DNA of 62,769 bases, filler included, from Welwitschia mirabilis (Eukaryota), in the NCBI GenBank assembly GCA_051453625.1. It is 6 parts of one record of this genome, joined end to end, with 100 filler letters (N's around TTAATTAATTAA, not from the genome) between each part and the next. Parts side by side here need not be neighbours in the genome. Positions count along the whole stretch, not along the records: positions 41,109 to 60,779 come from JBOZIK010000001.1; positions 60,880 to 62,769 come from JBOZIK010000001.1; 4 more parts are not named here. One strand, 5' to 3'. Under the pieces are notes generated by a model that made no database searches, was not told the origin of the DNA, and saw nothing but the letters and a program-made list of their open reading frames with translations. Made by a program: the position numbers and the translations under genes. This document shows positions 50,601 through 62,769 of the stretch, piece after piece (position 1 is the first letter of the stretch; each line of letters begins with the position of its first letter).

Positions 50601-53600
50601 AGATCATCATTTACAAAAGCAGTCTTCATATGCAACTGCTCTAATTCCAAATTCAAAACAGCAACAATGAAGAAAATAACACAAATAGAAGAATGCTTCA
50701 CCACTACAGAAAAAATTTCAGTAAAATCAATACCTGGTTTTTGCCAAAAACATTTTACAACCAATCTTGCCTTCTAACGTTCTTTTCCATTTGCCTCTTC
50801 CTTTATCCTGAAGACCCATTTGTTGGACAAGGCATGTTTACCAGATGGCAAGGGAACCACATCACATGTATCATTATACCTTAAAGCATCCAACTTTTCT
50901 TTCATTGCAGCATTTCACTTCTCTGAGTTAGGAGAAGAAACAACTTCCTAGTATACTCAGGTTCTCCTTTATCTGTGTACAAAATATTATACAACNNNNN
51001 NNNNNNNNNNNNNNNNNCTCTATTCGGACGAGTAGATCTTTTTACCCAATGTGCAGGAGTATGAGGCTCTCTTTCATCTTTACCCTCTGAAAAATCAAGT
51101 TGTTATAGTTCAGGTGTATTGTCTTCATCTCCATCATCCTCGTCATCAGGAGAATTACTCTCTTTATCATCTTCATCGAGATCTAAAATCTTAAAAGGCT
51201 TTTGCAAAGTGCTAGAATCAGGAACTCCCTCCTTCTGGTTCTCTTCTAGTGACTTATTAAATATTTGTTGTTCACAAATACCACATCACATGATCTAATC
51301 ACCTTCTTATCCACTGGATCCCACAACCTATAACCAAGATTGTCTTCTCCATGACCCAGAAAAACACACCTACGCGCATGTCCATCCAGTTTTCCTATGT
51401 TTTGCTAATGCACATCTTCACAGCCAAGCACCTTCAAGTGAGATAAAGATAGTTTCCTCCAGTCCACATGAACTCTAGTATTCCTCCTTAAAGTGCTGAA
51501 TCCAGTGACCTGTTTATAAGATATGTAGCTATGTTGGCTGCTTTAGCCCAAAGATGTTTTGGAACTCCAAATTGCTCTAACAATGAATGTAATCTTTCTA
51601 AAACAGTTCTATTACATATTTCAGCCACTCCATTATTCTAAGGTGTATATGGAGGTGTCTTTGTGTGGACAATTCCATCATCTCTGCAAAACATCTCAAA
51701 GTCACAAGAGGTGTATTCACCTCCATTATCTATCACCAAGCGTTTAAGTTTATAGCTTGATTCATTTTCAACTTTAGCTTTAAATTGTTTAAAAATATCA
51801 AAGGCTCTATCTTTCAAGGGAATCAGAAACAGCCAAGTCTTTCGACTAAAATCATCAATAAATGTAACAAAACAAGATGCTCCACCAAAAGGCGTCATTG
51901 TCATAAGCCCAACAACATCAGAATAAACCAAATCTAGCTTTCCAACATCTTTATTTTCAAAAATAGACCTTTTGAAGTTTACATGTTTTGCTTTTGCAAC
52001 AACACAATCCTTACAGAAATCTAAAGAAACAGAGTCAAACTTTGGAAGCAAGTTTTTAGAATTCAAAATCTTCATGCCTGTTTCACTGAGATGTCCAAGT
52101 CTTTTATGCCAAAGAAACATGTCCTCATCACCAACAACTGCAACATTATGCTTCACCACACCGGCATGCAAAGTGTACAAGTTTCCTTCTTTTTGTCTTC
52201 ATACTAGCAACATGGCACCTTTCATTACTTTCCAGCCACCTGCGCTAAAGAAGATTGAACAACCATCAACATCTAATTGACCTGCTGAGATTAAGTTTTT
52301 AGCAAGTTGAGGCACATGTCTAACATCCTGAAGAAACAATTTTCCTCCATCACTTCCTTGCAGCATTACAGACCCAATTCCTTTGATCTAATGCGTTGAT
52401 CATCTACCAGATATACATACTTCTCTGAAACTTTGTTATAGGAAGAAAACATCGAAACATCTGGGCAGACATGTAAAGAAGCAGCAGAATCTAGAATCCA
52501 AACATCAAGGCAAGAGTGTTGGGAAACGTTTACCTCTTGTGCATCTGCAATCAACACATCATCAAAATCTCCTTCTACATTTGACTGGTTACCTCCTTTC
52601 TTCTGCTTATGCTTGTTTTTTAGGCTATAGCAGTCCTTCTGTAAATGACCTTTGTTCTTGTAGTGCCAACATTCAATAGCAGTCCTTCTGTAAATGACCT
52701 TTGTTCTTGTAGTGCCCACATTCAATGCTTCTGTTGACGAATTTTCCTCAGCTCTTACTTTGCCAACGTCCTCCTACTAAGCAAACAAATCTTTTTTAAT
52801 ATTGATTATTCAGTCTAGTTTTTTTTTCTGTATTTGCATATAAACCAAAATCTGACAAATCTTTAGTGCTCACTTGCAGTGTTTAACTGAAATTTGAAAT
52901 AGCCAACATGCCAACATCTGACACGCTAACAGGCTTAGAAAAATTAAATTTTTGTGATCTCTGTTTCACAACATTTAAATCTGAGTTTCAGGATTTCTTT
53001 GAGAAATGCAATGAGCCAAGATACTAAGGTACTAATTAAACAAGGGAAAAATAAATTAAATTTTCACATAGAAAATTAATTTAAAATTTAATAATAAATC
53101 AGATTTAATCAAAACCAATAATCCTATTGAAATTGAAACTGAAACTGATTTTATTATGTCTAGAAGAGGACGTCAAGGATCTATTGGACAGAATTTGAGA
53201 ACATTCAGGGAAATGACCCCACTATAACACATGTAGCTCAAAGAGCTCATATGAACTAGGGGCATTAATGTGATAGATCTACTTTACTATTGGAGTGATG
53301 TTCACAGCCACAAGTGACAGTTAACGATGATCAGATTTTTTATCTTTCAATCAAAATCAGTCATTGCAATAGGAAATCAAGCCACACAGCCTTGGAAGAG
53401 TCACACAACCTCTTCTTAATGCGACTAAGTTATTCAAAACAGTACAATATATTAAATGCTTCTTGCTCAGCTCAGATCTCCCTTTGATTTCCTAATTATG
53501 CTTCTTTTAATTGCTGTTCGCTCTCTGTATCCTCTTGGATTCTTTCCAAATGGCTTTCGCTCTTTTTCTTAATTCTTCATTCAATGCTTGATAGAAATAT

Positions 53601-55211
53601 ACTTGGGCCTTGTGACAACCTTTTTCCCTGTATATCCTCTATTAGGCTGCCACTTAGGCTCTTAGGGTCTTGCCACATAGGGTTGCCACTAAGGATTTTC
53701 TTTTTAGGCCATTAAGACTGTTCTCTTATATGCCACTTAGGCTTGCCAATAACCCTTCTGCCACTAAGGTTTTTCTTCTTCTTTTTGCTATATCTTCGTA
53801 ACTCTTTTTCTTTCTTCATGGGATTGCCATGATAATGTCTTTGTACTTCCACTTTCACAGGCTTCATGTCTCTTCCTAAGGGTGATGTCTTTATGAAACA
53901 TCATACCTGTTTAATTCTGATTTTCTTATGACCGCAAATTTCAAGATCAAAAAAACAAAAAATACTCACTCAACTTTTTTTAATTATAATTTTTTACTTG
54001 TCAAGATTTGAACCCATGACCTGTCCTTTTTCACCATTCTAACTCATTTAAGCTACTATTTTTTAATTTTAGTGTTCAATGGAAAATGAATTAACAATGT
54101 GACTTAAGTTTTCAACGTATCTCCCCCTTGTTGTTTTTAGTCATCTTATATCATAAAATTCGAAGTAATGCACATTCTTAAAGTTACGTGGAACAACTAC
54201 GAGATGTTTGGGATGTACGTGGCACCACGTGCCTTCTTCTTACCCTTGAAATGTCAAGGCTTGCAAATAGCACGGTTTGTGATTTTTGTCTTCCATTTTC
54301 ATAAGCTTCCTTAGATCATTTTTGAAGTTGATCTTTTTACCTTTATTCTTTTTATTTTGAAATTCATTCACATTTCTTGTCTCAATCATTTCACTTGAAG
54401 AATNNNNNNNNNNNNNNNNNNNNNNNNNNNNNNNNNNNNNNNNNNNNNNNNNNNNNNNNNNNNNNNNNNNNNNNNNNNNNNNNNNNNNNNNNNNNNNNNN
54501 NNNTGTTAACGGATTTTCCTCTGCTCTTGCTTTGCCAACGTCCTCCTCCTCTGGTCTAAGAATATCCTCTACTAACAGCAAGGGCTTCTCCAACAACACT
54601 CAACAGCCCTCGTTTTGTACGCATCAAGAAGTTTTGAAATTACAATATTCAGGCATGGCATAGTATTTGAGGCAATCATCAGGGTAGTGCGAACAATCTC
54701 CCAAGAATCAGCCAAGGAACTTAGAACCGCAATTATCCTTAGGTTTTCTTCAAACGTTACCCTCAGCTCGTCCAACTATATGAACAGCCCATTCANNNNN
54801 NNNNNNNNNNNNNNNNNNNNNNNNNNNNNNNNNNNNNNNNNNNNNNNNNNNNNNNNNNNNNNNNNNNNNNNNNNNNNNNNNNNNNNNNNNNNNNNNNNNN
54901 NNNNNNNNNNNNNNNNNNNNNNNNNNNNNATCAGCTGTTATAGAAATCTTATTATGGGATTGAAGAATCCCATCGCCAATGCATGGCCGAATCATAGAAA
55001 GGACCCTTCTCTCATGTTTCTTCCACTCTTTGTCAATGTACTTCTTTAGCCATTCTGCATCAGAAAGACAAGATGTTGCTTTCACATCTACTTCCATCTT
55101 TAGGACAACGTCACATTCCTTCTGGCAAAGGATGTTTTCCATCGGAATCTTCTATATGCCCTAGTTCTCAGCTTCAATTAGTCAGTCGCTTGTCTGTAAA
55201 CGCTCCATCAT
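47700..55211 (-). pseudogene. Copia gag-pol, degenerate, with duplicated INT-RT block and an insertion in gag
   Basis: WILDSAASLHV; LWHKRLGHLSE; VTFIDDFSRKTW; DNGGEY; VKHSSIR; LLYVDDML; PYASAVGSLMY; HWEAVKWIL. Confidence 0.9.
52780..54403. mobile_element. Unrelated non-coding insert in gag, probably an LTR plus PPT region of another element
   Basis: Abrupt break in gag homology; PPT-like AAGGGGGAGAT on minus near 54120; GCCACTWAGG repeats ~53650-53770. Confidence 0.45.
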
Positions 55212-57989
55212 TGTTTAATGGTATGCTTGTATAGGCAGATGCCAAACGCATTGTACGGACACCGAAAAAATAAGTGCGCGCAAACTCGCTCCACTACGTT
55301 CATGGTGCTTCGCTTGCTTGCACCATTCAATCCACTCCTACAGTCCGCTCCGCTCGTAGGGTTTACGGACACAAAGCTTTATCGCCAAAGCGTGTGGCTT
55401 CCAAACCTAGTGCTCTAATGCCAAGTGTTACAAAAATACACAACAGCAAAGTGAATATACAATGCAACAAGAGAACACGGAGACAAAGATTTATGTAGAA
55501 AACCCCAATGAGGGGAAAAACCATGAGAAAGTAGTGCAGAGCTCTATTATCTTCCTCAAAGATTACAAGCCAAGAACAAGCTTCAAGCTAACAATAGGCT
55601 TCAGGCAAAAATGCCTCACAGAACTCTATCAACTTTCTATCTAACAAACAACCCTTACACCACCATTAAATAGATCAAGGGTTACAGCCAATTAAGGCTA
55701 CAAGCCAAAACCCTAAAAAGGGTACCATCCTTCTCTTGACACATGTCCCATCTCTACCTAATGCCCCCAAAGATGGTTTTAAACGAGAAACGTCCTTTTA
55801 CAATATTAAAGTGGAGATTAAAGTGGGGCCAATGTCAAAAAAGAAAATAACATTAGGGACAGTACAAAATAATTAAATTTGGCTTCACATATTAACATGA
55901 TCACCTCTGCAAGTTTCAAAAGGCAAAATCACCAAAAAGAGTTTGAGGCCTATTCACATGCCAAAGTCATACAACAAGTTTGGCAAGTCAAACACATCTA
56001 CAGGCCTAAGACTTGAGTCTACTAATTATAGATAATATATGGTATAAATATCTCGAAGTACATGTCATATCAAATATATGGAAACAATTCATTTTTAGCC
56101 ATCTGAATGGGCATACAAAACCATATGGAGAACCTTTTTCCAAGAAACAATAAAAAAGCAACACTAAATCTATTTTAATTGTCAATCTATCATCTTATCA
56201 TGGTTACAACTTTCTCCTGTGAAATCCTTTTTAATGAGCTACAAAATGTTTGGAAATCCTTGTTACTATAGGATGTCTTTTCAATTGGAGCTAATTTGAT
56301 AGGATAAAATAAGCCAAACTTTCTATAAAAACACATTTTGTCAACATTTCCTAAATACCCTTTATTGATATAGATCTAGTATTATTTATGCTTTGTAGTT
56401 TGGAATAAGTTCTACCTATTGATATAAAGCTAAGGTTATAGGATTCTTTGATTTGAGTATTTTATTAAAGCCATAAATGATTTAAAGTTTAAACAATCAA
56501 AAGCTAAAGAGAACAATTACTAAAACAAATGCATTTATCACACAGATAGTAATTAGATGTTTGGACTATACGCTACTTATGCTTTACCTAGAAATGCTAC
56601 TTATCCTTTTGAATACATGCTTAAAGCTAATGAAAAGTTCACATTATCCCAAAGTTTTTTTGCCTTCCTGAGCTTGAAGCAAGTTTCTAAAGTTTTGCCA
56701 TGTTCGGATAGCAAGTCCAAGTACAAACTACCTCACCAAGTTTGGTGGCAAGTCTCAATTTGACAACTATGATTTAAAGTATATACACACTAGAAAGCTA
56801 AACTATGGTTTAAACTTGTAATGATCAAACACATAGTAGCTATAACCCATTATACATAAACCAACATGCAATTTAAATAAAATGCAAAATCTAATATAAA
56901 GATGAAAAGATAAAGAATGGGAATCTTAAATTATGATTTAAATATTTATAGCATGGAATCTAATCTGTTTTGATACCAATTACCAAATACATATAAATTA
57001 AATGTATATCTCTAAGACATTACAAAGAAAGTCTTTATTTAATAAAGGCATAAAGATTAACAAGTCAATGTTTTTAGACATTCAATTTGTATTAATAAAA
57101 TTAGATACCAAATCAAGGCAATAAGACTTAGCCCATGGGCATACAGAATTAGCAATGTCATCGAAAGAAGACAACATATATCTTAAATCGATATGGCATA
57201 GAAAGAATTAGAAAACTAAATGCAGTTCAAATTGTGTCTAAAAGTTGTCAAGATGACTATCAAATCCAACAGCCACAAACTAAAGTGTAAGAATCAAAAA
57301 GTCCAAGACCTATGGACCTAAAGTATGACAATTAAAAATGACTCTTGTAAAGTACAATGAACTCTATAGAGGAAAGTAACTCAAACAAGCCTAATTCATA
57401 AAAACAAGGATAAAGACTTTGCCAGCCTTCCATGTCGCTTTCCTCTAGTTGCATGGTAAAACAAATAAGCCAAGGGGAAAAGATATTGCTTTTTTAATAC
57501 ACAACTAAATCCGTGTTTATCTTTTCATCTATTGTAAGACATGATTTCAAACTACTTTGCATAATATATTAAAAGTTTTCAGTTCCGCATAACTAAAATG
57601 ATCCATTTTAGTAGGTTGAATGCAACCTAAACAGAGAGAGCAATCGACCCATTTAAAAGAAAACTAAGAGACATGAGTTGTCTATCCAATAAAGTAGAGT
57701 CGTCGACCAAATAAATCGAAGAGTTTAACAAAAAACTGAGTTAAACTTGATCGACCCATTAGAAACAAGAGTTCGATCCGGAGGAAATATCTTCAACTTA
57801 AATAAATCGGGGAGCTCTGCTAGGGTTTTGAAGCTCCGCTAAGTTTCAACAGATCTAGAGTGCAAGAGGGAGAGAGGCTTGGAAGGCCGCGGATCGGTGG
57901 GGGCGATTTCGGTCCCTGGTCACGAAGCGCGGGGACGATTTCGGCCGTCAGACAGTCATTCTACCGGTAAGTTACGGGATTTTTTTCGT

Positions 57990-59140
57990 TTAGTAGTCCG
58001 AGTCCATTTTTCGGTTTTTTTGGAGGGGTTTGTCCTTAATATAGAGAAGAATCAGTTCTCCAGGGAAGAGAAATCTCTTGTATTGGACATCGACGAAGAT
58101 GCCTATGGTAAGATCAAGAAGAACCTCAGGTACAGTCTAATCAGAAAACTTGTCTCCTCTGGTCCTCGACCAAGGTTGGATCGGATCCGTGAACGGGTTG
58201 CTACTAAATGGATAGGAGTTAGCAAAGTTGATGTTATTGCAATGCCAGAAGGGTCGGTGTTATTTCAACTAGATAATGAACGAGTTCGGGACGAAATAAT
58301 CGCAAGAGAACCATGGTTTTTGGCGTTCGAGGCCTTGCCCTAGCCAAATAGACGCCGGGGCGCAATCGGACCTGAATCTGTTTAAGAGACTTCCAATCTG
58401 GATCCACATCTACAAGTTCTCGATGGAGTTTTGGGATGAAGATCTATTAAGGAGAATAGCAGCTCAGTTTGGTAAACTCATCAAACTCGACAGGATCACT
58501 ATTAAACAGATAAGATTAGTGTTGGCTAGATTCTGTGTTTGAATGAACCTCGAGGATAGCAAGGAGATTCAATCTGTTAAGTTTAAATCTAAATGGGGTA
58601 TTTGTGATCTTGACGTCACATACAAGAATCTTCCGGTCCCTTGCACAGTCTGTGGAAAATCAGGACACCTCTCTGGAAGATGTGCTCCTCCTGAAAAGAA
58701 ATGTTCACATTGTGGAAAATTAGGTCATTTACAAGAAGAATGTCGAAAAACATTGATTGATATTGAAGAAAAGCCAAAGGAAACCTGTACTTTTTGTGGG
58801 AAAACTGGTCATAATTAGAACATATGCCAACATAAGCAAAGGAAGGAACAATCTGGAAAAAGTACTACTGTTTTCCCCAAGGAAAGCAAGAAAAAAAAAG
58901 AAAGCATCAGAACCAGAGCATAACCCCTTACAACCTCTTGTAGATGAGAATGACACCCAACAACCTCTAAATGATGATGAACCTAATGAAGTGGAAATCC
59001 AAACGAAGGGAAAGCCTAGTAATAGAACTCTCCGAGGACGTGAAACGACAGAGAACGTTACAAATAGCTCCCAAGCCACCATCGAAGATACCTTAAGGAA
59101 AGGTCAAGCACCCAGAAAGGGGCGAAAACACCCCCATTGA
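57990..59140 (+). pseudogene. LINE ORF1 (DUF4283-like plus zinc knuckles)
   Basis: YSLIRKL..REPWF; PIWIHI..EFWDEDLLRRIA..GKLIKLD..ARFCV; CTVCGKSGHLSGRC, CSHCGKLGHLQEEC, CTFCGKTGHN*NIC; start approximate. Confidence 0.8.
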
Positions 59141-60779
59141 ATTATCTCACATGGAATTGTAAGGGACTAGGGTCCTCCTACAAGAAAAAGACCCTACGAA
59201 ACCTGATCAGTCAATATAACATCGATTTAGTTTGCTTACAGGAAACAAGGATCAAAAATAATATGGGAAAAATGAATCTAGGGCAGCAATCAACTTTTTT
59301 CACCCTTGCAGCCCAAGGCAACTCTGATAGCCTTCTGATTTCTACCAAAAGAGAGGCAGATCTGATTCACAGTAGCAAGAACCACATCACAATTCTCCTT
59401 AAAAAAGAAGGCTGGACTGTTACAAATCTTTATATTCTACAACACAATCAAGACAAGGCCGCTATCTTGGAAGAAGCTCAGGGGACAGTAGTAAATAAAT
59501 CTAAATGGCTCATACTGGTTGACTTCAATCAATGTCTTCATTGCTAGGAAAAATCAGGGGCCGATAACTGAAATTCCAGAGGTGCCTCAATACTAAAAGA
59601 CTTTTTGGTAAGACACTCCTTCACAGACGTCCCTATTGTTGGATGCAAATACACGTAGTCGAATAGAAGAGCAGGTACAGATCTGATAATGTCTAAGATT
59701 GACAGGATCTAGCTAAACTCCCACTTGAAGCCTATGGTCTGAACAAGATTGCCTCGGACCATTGTCCTATCAAACTCAGAGTGGGGGCAATTTCGCCCCA
59801 GAAAACTCCGTTTCGTATAGAACGATATTGGATTAACCGAACAGAAACTAGAGTGCTGTTGGAAAGAATATGGGCACAATATGATGGGACCCAACCTATA
59901 ACTTTTTTGTACAGGGGCCTCAATACCCTAAAGGCTCACATAAGAGATTAGAGAAGGAAAGATAAAGAGAGGTTTGAACAAAAGCATCCAAACTAAGCAA
60001 GAGGAGGGAGGTAACCAAGACCGTCTTTGGAGCAAAGAATATCAGTGCCTAATGGATCTCCAAGAAATAAACACTAATGAAGAACATTACTGGAGAAAAC
60101 ACTCAAGAATCAAGTGGTTAAAGGAGGGTGATAAACATACTAGATTCTTCTTCCAGCAGGCCAACCAGCACATATCTGACAACAGGATTAGAAGACTATC
60201 TATAGGAGGTCAAATCACAGAAAATGAAGAGGAGATAGCTAAGGAATTGCAGGCCCATCTTAAGAGAGTCTAGGAATAGGACGATATCGCCCCCAGCTTA
60301 ATTCTTAAAAAAAAAGAAAGTCTCGAGTGAAGATAATTATATGTTGACTAAATCCCTAAGTAGAGAAGAGATCTTATCTGCGGTCATATCCAAGAAGAAT
60401 AACTGAGCCCTTGGCCCTGATGATTGGCCAGTCGAACTTTTGAAATGCCACTTCTCCATCCTAGGGGATAACCTTCACGATGTAATGCAGGAAGTCTTCC
60501 ACAACAGACGGATTCCTAGGGAGATAAACAGAACTAGGGCGGTACTTATACCAAGAAAGAAGGGATGCTAGCAAACCAGAGGATTTCAGGCCTTTAGGTG
60601 TTTGTAACGTCATTTACAGAATCTTTGCGAAAATCATGGTTAGTCGAATCACCCCCCTGCTTCCATATGTGATTTCAGAGAACCAAGTCGGCTTCATCCA
60701 ACCCAGGTATATCCAAGACCAAATCCTCTTGACTCATGAGATCATTCACTCTATTAAAAAATACAAATTTCCTCTCCTT
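59137..60779 (+). pseudogene. LINE ORF2 (APE endonuclease, RT N-terminus)
   Basis: LTWNCKGLG; VCLQET; SKIDR; SDHCPI; WLKEGDKHTRFF; FRPLGVCNVIYRI; ISENQVGF. Confidence 0.9.
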
Positions 60780-60879
60780 NNNNNNNNNNNNNNNNNNNNN
60801 NNNNNNNNNNNNNNNNNNNNNNNTTAATTAATTAANNNNNNNNNNNNNNNNNNNNNNNNNNNNNNNNNNNNNNNNNNNN
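60780..60879. other. Artificial assembly linker
   Basis: N44-TTAATTAATTAA-N44. Confidence 0.95.
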
Positions 60880-61930
60880 AACGACAATTTGCCATTTTCT
60901 CTCCCTTTTTCTTCTCCTCTCTAAACTCTTGTCTTCACTAATAACAATACTCAAGATTGTTGGCCCTGTTTAAATTGGATTTATTTTGGACCCTACACAT
61001 CATAATCCATCACATTTTGATACCATTGTCAAATAAGTCAAGGAGGTCTTCCTCAGAGAAAATCCCCTGCTAGGTCTACAACAAAAGGTCAAGTTTTTAT
61101 GTATATCATTCGTGGCTTAAATTTTTAGTTTTGCTTACAAGAAAGAAGGGATTGGCCCACAAATCCTATTTGGTCTTATTACTCTACCATTTGATTTTTC
61201 TTTATAAAAAAACTTTTTATTTTAAGCAAAACCCATCTTTTGCAATTTCAGTGATGGAGGCTTGGCTTTACTAGATACTCCTACCCCTTGCACCTAGTGG
61301 TGGAAGATTTCTTTTTCAATAGCATTAGTTTGCATTTTATGTTATTTTGATATATTAGAATAAATTGATCAATTTGCAAACACAGCATCCAATGATTTCA
61401 CATGCTTTGAGGTTTGAATAGTGTTTTGGGACTTATCAAAGTAGGATCAATTGATTATAGTATTACACTCAAGCATATGGTGATATGTCAATAAATATTC
61501 AGAGAGTGTAATTTTTAGATATTTGTTTCCATGTGTGATATGTCAATAAGAGAGTGAGATAGTTGAATATTCTTTGTTGCAAGTGATATTTAGTTCTTTT
61601 GATATTAGCCCTGAACTAAGGTATTGGAGACTTTTACCTGTGTTGGTTTCTAACTAAGAATATCATCTGGTTCATCCAGTTTTCCTCCTCATTGATGCAA
61701 CACTACATGAGTCACAAAACCTCCACACCCACCTTGGATTTAAGATAGAAGTAAAACATTTGAAAAAAGCTTATGCAACCATTTTCTTAGGAGGCATCTC
61801 AAGCAAAACACAACTATATTGCAAACTAGCCACGGGTCTTACAAGTAATGCAGGACTTATAGCAAGTGTTATATCACTGATCAATATTGGTTCTTTTGTA
61901 GAAATCTTTATTAAAGAAAAGGAAGGGATT

Positions 61931-62176
61931 TGATGGAGACAAACAGCTATAAAACACAAACGCAGGAACAATAACAGAAAATGCAGAAAATAGAGAGACA
62001 CAGAGATTTACATGGTTTAGCCAAAGTGACTTATATCCACAAGAGGACAATGCAGAGCTCTTTCTTGCTTATCAACAGTCATTACAACAATAACAAGGCA
62101 AGTCACAGCCTTCAAGGAAAAAAACCTTCTTCACTCTTTTCCTTTCAATCTCTCTCACATAATATTCCCTCTCAAT
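61931..62176 (-). repeat. Copia-type LTR fragment interrupted by a hAT-like element
   Basis: TG start; GACACAGAGATTTACATGGTT...ATCCAC...CAATGCAGAGCTCT resembles the Tork-like LTRs. Confidence 0.55.
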
Positions 62177-62769
62177 CACTGATTAATTAGGCGGCGACTA
62201 ATCGCCGTCGCACTTGAAAACAGAGTCGGACGCGACCAAGTGCGATTAGTCGCCGACTATTTCATGTGCGACTAATCGCTTGTAAACGTTGAGAAGAAAT
62301 AAAAAAATAAGTTAAAGACCCTCGAATGCCTGAAGTATCCCAGCGTTGGCACGAACCTGCAGACTTGGCGCGAATCCGCAAAGGTGAACTTCATTCACGT
62401 TAGCTTCGATCTGTGAAATCGTATGCAATGCTGAGAGACTGCGAGAGCGAGTGCGAGCTGTGAGCCTGCAAGCTGCAAGCCTGCGAGCTGTGAGCCTGCG
62501 ACAGCGATCTGATTGTCTGAGACCGACTGACCGACTGCAAGCGCGAGCTGAGGTTCTGACTCTTCTGAGATTTTCAGCGAGTGTTAAGCAGGCACTGAAA
62601 TAAAACTTAGTTGCAGGCTTTCTGTGGTTAGCTTTCTTTGAGATTTGTTCAAAACTTTAATAATATCCATACGAATCTCTGCGGTTAGCTTTCTTTAGAT
62701 TTAAATGACGTTTATAACTTGCAGCTTGCAAGCATTACAACTCTTATGATTTCTGAAATCTCATATCAT
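62177..62769. mobile_element. Left end of a second hAT-like family, cut by window end
   Basis: Starts CACTGATTAATTAGGCG; repeated GCGACTAATCGC / GCGATTAGTCGC subterminal motifs; CpG-rich relative to the window. Confidence 0.6.

Larger units (their letters stand above)
47147..55897 (-). mobile_element. Tork/Tnt1-like Ty1/copia with both LTRs, PBS, PPT and TSD
   Basis: LTRs 47147-47604 and 55426-55897 (TG..CA); TSD TGATC on both sides; PBS TGGCATTAGAGC 55412-55423; PPT AGTGGGAGAA 47605-47614. Confidence 0.93.
57810..60779 (+). mobile_element. L1-clade LINE with 5' region present, 3' part cut by linker
   Basis: GC-rich leader, ORF1, then ORF2 endonuclease and RT N-terminus in order. Confidence 0.9.

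Noticed and set aside
55900-57600. AT-rich unique-looking region as the site of further PIP5K exons
   Set aside because: No DYCPMVFR-like or other PIP5K peptide found on the minus strand by eye or in the ORF track
1-62769. Orientation bias of intronic retroelements relative to the host gene
   Set aside because: Elements occur on both strands in similar numbers, the sample is small, and orientation across linkers is uncertain

Overview
Plant nuclear DNA from a gapped assembly. The only host-gene sequence I recognise is one 166-bp internal exon of a PIP5K (21081-21246, minus strand). No neighbouring exon is visible, so the window reads as parts of two very large introns filled with nested, decayed transposons. 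These include several SIRE-like Ty1/copia elements (three with an extra post-pol ORF, one gag-only) and a TSD-bounded Tork/Tnt1-like copia with an internally duplicated INT-RT block and related LTRs. There is also an Athila-like Ty3/gypsy remnant, an L1 LINE and a non-autonomous hAT family with 8-bp TSDs. The most notable element is a Tat-group Ty3/gypsy with the domain order PR-aRH-RT-RH-INT (TatI/TatII-type), an antisense ORF and a tandem-repeat block. Five 100-bp N44-TTAATTAATTAA-N44 linkers are artificial, so continuity across them is unproven. All domain calls come from motif recognition by eye; no searches were run.
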